This document shows, piece by piece, positions 11,401-23,400 of a stretch of 37,145 bases of DNA. Position 1 is the stretch's first letter. Each line of letters starts with the position of its first letter. This DNA is from Perkinsus chesapeaki ATCC PRA-425. Its lineage: Eukaryota > Protista > Perkinsozoa. The notes under the pieces are model-generated. The model ran no database searches, had not been told where the DNA came from, and saw only the letters and a program-made list of their open reading frames with translations. The DNA is taken from assembly GCA_013115145.1 (NCBI GenBank), contig JAAPAO010000351.1, forward strand, positions 1 to 37,145, in the 5' to 3' direction. Position numbers and translations under genes: made by a program.

Positions 11401-14400
11401 GTCGCTGTGCTGTCGGTTCGAACACCCCACAGGGACTTGATTGGGTACACCACAGGATCGAGGGCGTACTCGGACAGGATCTGTTTGGCTTCGGTAGCCA
11501 GCAGGCCTGGTAAGGATATCGGTGGCATGTGTTCGGGACACTACCCTACCTGGGAGTGTGAAGCCTTGAAGGCCGACCTTCTCATCTCGAGTTATCTGAG
11601 CGGACATTCATCAGCCAATGGTAGATTTTGGATCAAGGGGGAAAACGCCGCGTTTTTCCCCTAGAAATTGGGGGAGGTAAAAACGGTGTGGATTTGCAGC
11701 GCAATTTTCGTTGACTGTCGAGTAAGGTGGACGAATATGCGCAGTTGGATGAGCTACGGCAGGGTGACCGAAACGGTGTAACTTCACGAGTAGGAAAGAA
11801 TAAAGTAGAAGGAGTCCTATTGCACGGACTCCTGACGATTAGACGAGATCGCGGTACGGATTGTGATGTGTTGTGATTGCTCAAGTAGGTTACCTCGAGG
11901 TAGCTTGTGTGTAGCAGCCACACTGTAGGGCCCCCCAGTTCTCCAAGTTTTAAGTTTGATATGATACAACTGAAGACATCTCCACCAGAGATGGAGGCTC
12001 TGAATCTTATCGAATCACCAGACTGGTCAGTAATAACGAATCTTTCAAGCCCGCCCACACTCAATGAGTTTCGTGGCGCTGCGGTCGGAGCTGATTTGTA
12101 CACCGTGGCCGAAGTGAAATCGAAGCCTATCGGTGAGACGGCTTCAACCAGGACAGTATCCGCCCGGCTGACGCTCGTGAAGGTGATCTGTACGCTAGAT
12201 ATCGCCGTGGCCCTCATCAACTTGCCGACCAAGCGGACCGTGACGTTCTGTAGCTGTGGCACGATAGTCCAGCCCTCGACAGCGTGCGAGCTCTGAATGG
12301 TACGCCCCGAGCCGCCATAGTGGTGCACGAGCCACCAGTTCTGGGTGACGAACGGAGTGGTCGGTGGGTTGAATGTCGACAGGGTAACGACCAAGTCCAG
12401 GTCTCGAGGGAAGGGGAACGGCTCTCGAATGGTTATCGTCATCGAGCCTTCGGAACAGTTCACAAGCGAGTTAGGCAGCACGTTTGCTGTAGCGTCGCCA
12501 GTGTCGCTCAGGAATGAGAAGTTCCAGCATGTCCCGGGCGAATCTGGGTCCTCTAGAGGGAACCCCTCGGGAGCCTGAATCTCGACCACATCACCGTTAA
12601 AGAGCCTGTTGGGGAACTGCATGGTGAGCTCGAGGTTTTCGACAGCAGACAGACCGTTCACCTAAAAAAGATATGGTGACAATCTTCAGAGTTCTGGGCT
12701 ACCTGAGGGTGACCGTGCTCATCCAGATTGGTGAATTCCCAAATGTTAAGCACAGCATTGATGAGGAACCCTTCGACGATATTCTCATCAAGTGCTAACG
12801 AGGGAGTTGCCGACTCCGCAAGATATGTCTGCAGCTTCCACTGGTCTGGAGCCTGTCCGCTCGAGGTCGGGTTATAGACTTTGACCACAATAAGATACTC
12901 CCTCTCAGATACCATCATCAGTGCGCTTCCAAGTCTGATAATCTGATAAAAAAGCTCGAGCTTCGCTCCGCCTCGGCCCAGCGTTACCAATGTGTCGAGG
13001 GCCTGCAAGTCCGGCACCACACAGAGGTAGTCGTTCTCGCTCCACTGTGAGCCTGCTACGTACTCCCCTCGATCGTTGTAATATGGCAGTTCGGTGACAT
13101 GAGCTTGGCAAGTCCCACTGTCGTGGGCGAACTGAAATCCGGTTGGAGCCTCAACTATGAAGGAGCCGCCTGTTCCCCGCGAGTCCGTCGGGTCCACTGT
13201 TTGATGAGGTATGAACTTAATGCTGATGGGATTCACCCTAGGCTCTATATCAAACCCGACAGGTGTCCTGAAATGAGAGATGTCGGAGCTGTCGGAGCGC
13301 GGCGATGTCGCACCTGGCTGTGGAGACCGGGGTGATCATAGCCCTTTTCCCGGTACTAAGTTCAAACCCTTCAAACGGTTCGCTGGTCTCGCCATTGAAG
13401 GCTATGGTCCATTCGTTCACCAACGGAGTGGCATCCGGGTTCCGCACCACTCCGACCCGAATCACGTACAGCTCGTTTTTCTCCAGACCTAAAAACGCAC
13501 CCACCAGGAGTCGAACCAGCGGCCTTTCGCATGAAAGCCTTGCCTGGTAGTATGCTGATCAATGCATTAGAAGCATCACCGGCACAACTCACAATGGCAG
13601 CTTCAGATGGCCAAGTGGCATACTCTGGTGGCCAGCGCGCAGCTCCGCCGAAGACCTCGGCCTCGGCAACTTGGACCGTGTTGAGGCAGTCCTCCGCGAA
13701 GATGAACCCCTCCGGGCCTCGAAGATCGAACAGGAGTGCGGAGCCGTCGCTTCCTGGGACAATCGTGTCGGTGCCAAGACGGAAGGCAAATATGATGTTA
13801 TTGATTCTTCCAGGGCGGTCATCTCGACCGGTATCGAGCCTCTCCTGGCTACTTAGAAATGGCACGCGAGCCTCGACCATTTTCATGGCGATCGGGAAGC
13901 CTGAAGCGACGACCAAGTCTGAACAGTGGGGTAGGTGGATACTGACCTTGGGTGCTCAATCGATAATCGGCCTCCGAAGTGAGCTCTTGAGTATCTTCTA
14001 GTGCGTAAAACGTGAAGCAAAGATTCCACCCGCACTCGGTAGTATCGTCGGTGATAATCTCTGCGACATCGTCCGGGTTCCGAGTGACCAGCCGCCACTC
14101 GTACAGTCCAGCGGTTATGCCTTCCTGACCGGCCGCGATCGTGATCGTTGGAAATGGCCCTATGTTGGTCTGATAGCTGCAGACAGCGTCAACGGGAAAG
14201 GGGCTAGGACCGTTATCGATGCCCAATAGGGTACAGGAAGCCACCGCCGAGAAGCCTCGAGGCATCTCGATCACAAGGCCGCCGCCAGGAGAGACCAGTT
14301 GCGTTTCGATCCTGACGCGGAAGGTGAGCATGTTTTCCTTTCCAGCTGCATTGTATGTGTATGCCACATGAGCGTCGGACAACGCTCTCACGGGCGGGCC

Positions 14401-17400
14401 CGTGACCACGCCGACAAAGGGTCTGCTCTCGGCAGTGACGCCGTCCCATGATATCTCAATTCGCCATTCATTGAAGCTCGACACTGGGTTCCTATCCGGC
14501 ACTTCGATGTCAGCTTCGAAGCCGTAAACCTCGGCGTCGTTATACGTGGCTGAGGCGAAGTGTAGTTGGTTGCCGAGCTCGACGGTTGGCAGCCCACCGG
14601 GCCAGACAGCGGTGATGTTGTAGCCGCCTACCCAATCCATCGTGTCACCAGTGCTCCCCGTGGGATGCATTGCAAACCGGACAGAATTAATATTTCGCCA
14701 TATGAAATTTTGTGGCGCAGTGACTCTTACCGACCCGGTAGCCTCCGCAGGGAATGTCACTGGCGCTACAGTGACCCTGGCATACTGGAAGCTGAGCGAA
14801 CGGGGACGCATGTCTGTTACCGACACGCCGAACTGTTCGCCAGGCACCAGCTCCGCCCCGTACATTCCCCAGGCACGGTGGTCCCCTGTAGGCTCACCCT
14901 CGTTGAGAGGACCGCTGCCAAAGGAGCCATCGATTCTGCGACCATCAGCGTCTCTCGTGTAGAGGAGCCAACTCTCTTGGTGGTCGAAACTGTAGGCGGT
15001 AGGGTTGGTTATCATCACACCGAACGCGTATCTTAGCCCCGCTGTCATGCGACCGTTTACTGTGATCGAGGCCGAACTCGCTGTGCCCACAGTGGTCTTG
15101 GTGCAGCCATTTTCAACGCCCATGATTCGGTGAGTCGGGAGTGTCGAGCCAGTGGCGTAAACGACGGAATCGAGGTGACGGACGCCACACGGATTGGTGA
15201 AAATGAAACCGGCGGGGGCGACAACTTCGACTTTACCGCCGATGCCAACATCCTGTTCAGTCGAGAAAAACACACGGAGAAGATGTGTTGCTCGGCTAAG
15301 CCAACTGCTAGGCTCTATGTGAATCAAAGGCGTCTTGCCGAGCACCTGAATAAAATGTCGACGCCGGGGATCGAACCCGCGTGCTTACCGCCTTATTGCT
15401 AGACCAAGCCGTCGAAGCCGCATCTGACTCTGCATCCTCTTCAATCCCAGCTAAACAACAGCGTAAAAACTACTATTAAACAACAAGACTCACCGTGACC
15501 CTTAAAAACCTCTGTGGTCGCTTGTTTAACTTCACCGCTACTGTAGCCATCACCCGCACCCGCCAGATCCAGCTTCCATAAATTTCTGTCATCAAACGCG
15601 CTCAACGAGTTCGCCGGATTGTTAACAGTGACCTTCAGGAACACCGAGCTGCCCGCATACACGACACCGTTCTCCGGTAACGTGAAGATGCATTTGTTAT
15701 CGGTGAAACTCCAGTAGGTCGATTCCAGGGTGCCTCTCCCCTGCGGCACGGCATCACCAAACTGATGCAAGTCAACCTCCGCGCCTTCTACTCCGACACA
15801 CTCATACCCGCTTGGTAGAGTCAAGGTCATCTTCGCGAAGGCCGCGGGGGCAGCTCCCCTCGGTGTGAATATCGTCGACCCAAGAATGAGCTGGGCATAG
15901 ATAACATTCGCTTGGTCGGACTTATACGGCTTGGCATTGCCGTCCACGCCATTATCAACCAGCCTGGCGATGGTTCGCCCCGAGTCGGGAGACTTCCACA
16001 GGTAGTCTCCAACAGATTCAATATAGTAAGGGTATTCGTCATTGATGTCAGTGACCTCAGCACCCAGGCGACCCGGAAAGAAGCCTCCACTGGGAATGCT
16101 GATGCCAATCACCGAGAGTCTACGCACTTCATCACCGACAAGATCCGGCATCTCCGGAGGCAGTTGTATCCTCACCTGAATGAAGCTATTGTTCTGCCAC
16201 AGGGTTCACAGTTAAGTCCCTAAATTTCGCCACAATTAGTAAAAATGAAATGCCCAACGCGGCATTGCGGCGGTTGCATTGGTCTGAAATACTATCACCC
16301 GCAAAAGTCAACTGGACCAAAAAAATTCTCCATTGTCGTATACACCTTTCCCTCCTCCTCCCACCTTGTTATTCTGAAAACCTTCAACCACAGGCTCTCC
16401 AATACAGCTCTGTATCTCCCCACAAATCTTATTATCCTCTCCAGGTGGTACAGACAAACACACTGCGTTGCAGGAGGCACCGATCTTCCATTCAGTCAAC
16501 GGCCACAGCATGACCCGGATATGATACCCAGCTTTAATTGCACCAGTGAAGAGATTGTCGCCACCTTTAATATCAAACTCTATCGATTCCATATCACCAG
16601 CGTTTATGTAACCTGTCACGGGGATGTAAAAAGCGCGCGCCCAGGTGATCGATTTGTTCCGTACTTACCATTGGTTCCGCCCACCAGAGTGAAGCCCCTC
16701 GAGCCGAAGCTGGGTGTAGCAGTGCCAGCGCTGGGCAGACCCTGTTTCGTCGACAGCTGCGCTCGGCCCATTTCCAGTGCCGAATAAGGATTGTTATCGA
16801 TATCATCGTGCACGAGGAGATGCACATAATCGCAGCTCCGAAGGTCGTCGGGATCACCAAAATTGCCGCAGGTTTTGCTCCCACAACAATCGTCATTTTT
16901 ATAATTAGCGCCGGTGGCCGTCGAACCCACGACCACCAGCTGGTAATTCTGCCCCGGTCGAAGCCCCGACCGTTCCACAAAAATGACTGTGATCTCTCTG
17001 GATGTAATGGTGCTGCCGTCTGGTCTTATGTTCCTATAGTAGCAACCCTGCGGCACCGGGAATCCATAGTCGGCATCATCCGACCACATCTCCCGGAAAA
17101 TTTTTCCGCATGCGAGTTGATTGGCTTCGTGGATCTCATCTTCCTCGGGAATCTCCGCTATGTCGTTCATAGCGACATCGCCGTAGTGTATATCAAACAT
17201 TGCAGGCACCTTAACCATAATTCTCAGGGCCATTCTTCCGGCTGCGGAGGAGTATCTTAGACCCGCGCTGCCGCCAGCCGTTTGAAAGCTGATAATAACC
17301 GGCGCGCGCACTCCACCAGCGGTGCTGGTGCTGACGTGTAAACCGACGCCCTTCATCACAGCAGCACCGACCACCGATAGACGACCGACCTCGTATAGGT

Positions 17401-20400
17401 ACTTCCCAGGCAGACCACTTGGTGCCCAACAGACTTTCATTTGGCTTCGCTCCGCTAAACCTTTTAGCTCCTCTCGCGTGTGTGCCTTATTCGTTCGTTT
17501 CCATTCGCCTTGTGAAACTGTGAATGATGGCGGATTATTAGACCACCCCAATGGTATCGAATAAACTGTGTCGGATACTTTAGTGATCTGATGTCCGATG
17601 TCGTAGGTGTCCTGTAGAGTATTGTCGTTCGCAGAGGAATCACCGTACGGGAACATTCCCATCAGACTGCTCAACTGCTCATCAGAACCTACTACCCGAG
17701 ATATCGGCACCTAGCCTTCCGCGCCAGACGAGGGGAATTTCTCTCACGACTCTCTGGACAAAGCATTTTCGATTGAGTTTTCCCTACTCGACCGCCCGTA
17801 ACCCAGTCAACTGCGACTCGAAACGAACAATTTCACACGGCGCTATTCACTCATTCGTAGGAGTTCCGGTGAAGAAAGTAAATATTTCACATTTTCGGAA
17901 AATCGAAGAAGGGTCCATGGAACCCCACCTGTCCGAGTGGCGGATGACACCATTGCTCTGGATTACATGATCAAGATGCCTTGCTGCCCCAGCGACACCA
18001 TTGAGGAAGCCGACGCACTTTCACACGAATGATCATAACGTTCTCATCACAATTGCGATAATCGAATCAAAGAAGGAATAATTCCGGTAGAATTCACTGC
18101 GCAAGGTCCGCACCCAGGCCTCACATTGCGCTCCACAGGCATAGCCGTTGCCGGTAAGGACAATCCAATCACCAGTGTCGAGTTTCGGGGGGGAAGCAAA
18201 TGTAAGCCGAGTAGTGGTAGCATCAGACATGACTGTGATGCTGGCAATGTAGGCACTTCCTGAGCACTGATTCTTGGCGTCACAATCGACCTAAGATGCG
18301 TGACAGATTATTCAATAAAATGATCAGAGAAATCAGAGTAGATTCCATAACCGGCTTGCAGGTTCCAAATTCGGCGAAGGGATGCAAGCACACGCTCACG
18401 TAGACCGATACTATTTACGCGATATTTCTCCTCCTCGCCCTCATCGACTCTAACACAAATAATAGACGATTTCCGTCGTGCATTATATGGCGATGTATGT
18501 GCGTAATATGCCCTTCTATAATATGCCGGCCATGGGCCCATTTCAAAATCCCAAAATAAAGCCGCTCCCACTTACCCTATCGCTGGCACTGGTAGTGAGA
18601 GGTATATCATCTGAGCTCGTAATAGGCGTGCATCCTGCCGTTGTGACGTCGGGACAGTTCCATTCGTTTGTAGCAACAGCAAGGACTGGTGAGTTGTTAT
18701 TATCGGTGCACTAACAGACACATGCGAACATGGTGAATACGTTCACCGAGTCACCTTAGCGTCGGGCTCGACGATCCTTATGGTGTCACCATTTGACAGG
18801 CCCCACCTGAAGGACACATTCTACTCAGAAATTGAGATCGTCTCACCCAGTAAGTTCAAAGCGAAAAACGATGAAGGTGGAAAATATCCAATTCTGGTCA
18901 GAGTCTGGCCCTCGTACCTGCGCACGCGTGCAAAAAGATTCATACCGATTTTTTCTCACCGTAAATCTTCCAGCAACGACCCAATAGTCGCCATCTGCAC
19001 AGGCATTGTCCGATATAATGCCGCAATAGCAGAGCGCCATGATGCCTGGCTTCTTCACTGTAACTTGCTTTGTGAAATCACCGGCGTTGAACATAAGACG
19101 ATCGTAACTGCGGTACAATGACAAATATACACTAGCAGAAATATAGAAACAAATTAATTGTATGGGAGAAATACAGATATATTTGTTTGGAATAGGACAT
19201 CTTGTACACCTCTATAGCGGTGTTGAAGTGTATATAATACAACAGCCTTCACTGTCACATGACGTAGTTAGCGTGTCACACTCGCAACTGTGATATTATG
19301 ACATCACACCCTCCGACACACAGTGGCGCAGCACGAAGTCTTTGAAAGACAGAAGAGATACGAAAGCAAATTGCCTATAAAATCGATGGAAAATTGAGTA
19401 GGAAAGTGGCCGTAACAGACAAACATCACCGCCAGAAGGTCCAGAAACCTTTATACGTTTCATCGCTACAGTCTTAATGACAGAAATAAAATACTACTCA
19501 AAACGTCCGGTGGTAATAATAGCGAACATAGTATCATTATCAGCCACAGATTGCCAACCTCCGGTAGAACGACCATGCACACTTCGATCAACCTACTTAT
19601 TAGTGGCTCCCTTATACTCACTGGCAGCACTACTCGCTGTCAGACCATCAAGCAGAGCATTGTCATAGGATCTGATAATAATGAACAAGGTATCTTTCTG
19701 CACGCATGCACATGACACAATTCCAAGCTACCTAGCAGCACAGTCAGAATTCATCAAAGGCGTCGGTGAAGAATCATCAACAATTTTAATTATACCTGAG
19801 GGACTCGCATCATCGAATACGTGAACAATACCAATGGAAGATTCAACTAAGTCGCTGGAGAATACCGATTCGCGGTGCCCGGGATGCTCGAACCTCTCGG
19901 CAAAGCCCCTTTCAACGCATCCCAATAAAAGTTAGTTCATCTTCATCGCTCGTCAAACGTTTGCCAAGGACCAGGATACATTGGTCTGCTTTCGTGAGTT
20001 CCATTCGGATGTAACCTCGTTTTGATTGAGATGATGTGATGACCCGGAATGATTCACGAACCCCGCCATTGAGCGGTCTCACCTCCATCAGTAAAGCCTA
20101 ATGCTTCTTCATATATTTCTGGCTTATAGAGAGCCACCGCAGCTGGCTCATTAACGTACCTTAGGAAAATACAAGTCCAGCAACAACGCTGGAAATCACT
20201 TACTGTATAAAAGGACGATCAGCTGTGTCAGTGGCAGCCGAGGCCAGCCGGAACGGCAATAAGCGAAGAATGCCAACTTTAAAATAGTCACCTAGGTAAG
20301 CATGTCAGTCTCTCATCCCAAAGGCCGTGGGTTCGATCCTCACCGTCGCCATTGCAGCCGCTATCACAATAGCAAATGTCAAAGTACTTCATTGCGTGGA

Positions 20401-23400
20401 AGCTCCGTCTTTCATAGGCGTTCTCGCCAGCGGCAAATCCCAGCGGCTCCAAGATGCTGCCAAATTCCTTATAGTCCTGCCGCGCCCCACCACTCATCAG
20501 ATCTAGCATTGTAATGAAATCTCCGTAGGAATATTTAGCCAACCTGCGGTAGCAGAATCCGGCAAAGTCTCAATTAATGTTGACATGCTTCCCGTCTTGC
20601 AGATATGTGTATCACTCCAACTCGGAGCCTCTCCTGTGTTACCTGGTAACAGAGTGGGATGCTCTCACTCGATTGTCGGGAGTGGCTCACTATAGACTAT
20701 CACTCGATCGCTCCATAATTTACCACACTACGACTAAATTATTCACATTGCTCCTGCAGTTTTTACGGAAATTCCCGCGAAAAATTTCCAAAAATTTCCA
20801 TCATCCTCACCAGGATTGATGGAGCACCACAAGAACAGGAAACGGGCGAAAACACAGCGGAGTAAAGATTAGTAAAATTCAGCGCTTTTTCTCACAAAGA
20901 CTTACGCTGCATAATACTAAACTCGCAACGATTATCTTTTTATACTCAATAGGCAAAATGTGTTGCGGCAACCTACTGGGATCAGACCAGGAAGCCAGCT
21001 GCAATTTGAATCTATTATTGTCTGCATTTGCACAAGCATCACTCGGGCAACCAATTCTAATCTTGAATAGATGATCGGCAGCCACGGCGATGTAGGGTGT
21101 TGAACCTGATAAACTAACAATGCCGCGATTGGCTGTCATACCGACACTTACTAAAATTGAAATTTAATACCGTAACAATTATACATGTATGCTATAATTT
21201 TACACGTCGATTCCAGACTGAAATTCCACATAGAAATTTTACACTTAATTTTACTCAAATTCTTTTACTAGAATTTCACTCTCAAAATTTTGCACTTCCA
21301 TTTCGTGCGAATTGTACTTTAAGAAATTTTACGCTCGAATTTCAAACTGACATTTTGCACTTCGATTTTGGATTGCAATTCTATTTCCGAAATGTTAAGC
21401 GACATTTCACCAACGTTTACTTAAAGAAAAGTTACACACGGAACTTATCGCATTTCTGACATTCCCTATTGTCCAGCTTCTTACAATCGTCATCGCCAGC
21501 TGCACAGAGATCTGCGGTATAATAATGTACCACTCCAATCGATTGGGTGTATTCGGTAGTCTGATCACATTCGTCATTACCACCAGAATTATCATAACTT
21601 GGGCAATAACATGCGGCCACGGTGTAACTGAGCACACGGTGCTGGGTTGAACCATGGACGTGTGCGGCTCGACAGGGTTTAAGATTTGGAATAGATGCTT
21701 CGCACTAGGAATTATTAAAATAATAAAGTCAATGAGTTACAATCACCGAAACGGCTGCTACGATGTCCGCCATGCAAAAAAGAATACTCTTTAGTAAATC
21801 GACAATTTTTTTGACTGATTTTGACCCACTTTCCGAATCCGCCAAACTTGCCATTGAGTAATATTAGTAGATATTAGTAGATATAGTAGATTAATACAGT
21901 AGACTAAATAGATTTAGTAGTATAATAGTTTAGAGATATAGTAACATTTTCAGGGATACCAAGCACTGGACCTGTAAGTAAGTTATACGTCAGTAATGAC
22001 AGGGAACGAATGTCAGTAGACATTTTAGGTCCCTATACGGTTTCCTTTGGGACGCCGCCACACTCATCGGGACTTACGGTCTGAAGGTGTTAGCATCCAG
22101 ATTCTTCATGCCCTGTGGAATGGTGATAACCATTTTACCGTACTTCCCAGCAACAACAGAGGACGTAACTGAAAGCGACTTTTCAGCAATTAGCCGCGAA
22201 TCAACCTCCAAAATATCTTCTGAGGGGAAGATGCAAAAATTTATACAAAAAAACTGACCGTCGTTCTACCGGAAAATTTCCCTGTTGATCGGTGGGACAA
22301 GGTGAGCCATCCTATATATAGACTAGAGATGCTAGAGCGAAAACTGGAACTGAAATATCTCCCTACCTGGCGCTATCAATCTTGATCCTCCTGAGCACCC
22401 CTCTCCATCGGGACAAATGAACTGTGCAGCGGCCGCTCCCGTGCCACAGAGACTCTGTGTCACTCCGCTCACAACACCATCGGTGGTGTAAGTCGTTGCC
22501 CACTCTGCTGTCCATGTGGCCTTGCCAGCATTTCCTGTGGTGCGCTTGTAGAATCCCTGACATAGTAGAACCGTACAAGGTCCAAAATAGGAAATTTCTA
22601 TGCAGATTTTTCCTGGAAAATATTTCTAGGCTTTTTTATGGAACATACACAACCATTGCTGAGATAACTGCATGATCTTATGTTGGAAAGAAATCCGGAA
22701 TTTTTTTGGAAAAAATTACAGTTTTTTTTCAAATACACTGAAATTTCTTTGCTGGGAAGAAAAAAAATTGTGCAAATTTCGCATCCGTCAGTTGTGAAGG
22801 TTACTCGTGAAGCGATCGGATCTCAGTGCTCAACTGAGGTAAGCCGACAGGCATTAGACTATAGAATGGATACGTAAAATGCCCCATCCCAGATTCGAAC
22901 CCGCGTCCACCGACCTGATTTGCGCCGGTGAAGTCCATCTCACAGCTGCCTTTGGAGGAATGCTGCTTCCTCAACAGATAGCAAGTCATCTCAGTTTTCG
23001 CCAGACAATCGTCGGCATCGCAGTCAGTGTAAATTCCCGTTACTAGTAGAGTCGCGCTCGGTACCTGTCAACCCCCAGTTCACATCGCTGTTACACTGAC
23101 GCGCCTACATCTCCGTGGAAGGCTCCGAATGTGCCCGTGTCGGTATAACACAATTTGAATTCGCCTCCCATCCGAAAGTTCAACAGTCCCTCGGTTGGCG
23201 TGGCTATGAAAGCACCAATGAAAATCCCCTCAACAGCTTGTCTCACTGTCAGGTTGAGCCACCAGACTTGGTGAATTAGCGGTGGTTGCGGTAGGCATGC
23301 CGGTATTGGTGGACCATGGGCTGTTGACGTAGTTGCCCGCTTTGTGGGATGACCCAGGAGCGCATGCTCCGGCCTGAAGAACGGAGATAGTTTTGAAGTC

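Noticed and set aside
11405-11430. GGTTCGAAC B-box-like word
   Set aside because: Within coding ORF 11202-11528 (WGVRTD); no downstream tRNA spacing.
15346-15440. Complete tRNA gene at any of the TTCGA sites (this one examined most closely)
   Set aside because: No matching 5' acceptor strand or D-arm at the right distance. The upstream sequence is a coding micro-exon (AGIEEDAESDAASTAWSSNKA). All sites are fragments, so no tRNA feature is called.
16910-16940. tRNA-like GGTCGTGGGTTCGACGGCCAC on the minus strand
   Set aside because: Lies inside a 364-codon open frame (VVVGSTAT), lacks C61 spacing and terminator, and has no convincing splice sites.
11907-17564. Numerous long plus-strand ORFs
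   Set aside because: Antisense shadows of the long minus-strand exons; no motifs or independent gene structure.
19320-19345. AGTGGCGCAGC A-box-like word
   Set aside because: No B-box or cloverleaf downstream.
21157-21459. 100-aa Phe/Asn-rich plus-strand ORF
   Set aside because: By-product of the T-tract intron of the minus-strand gene.
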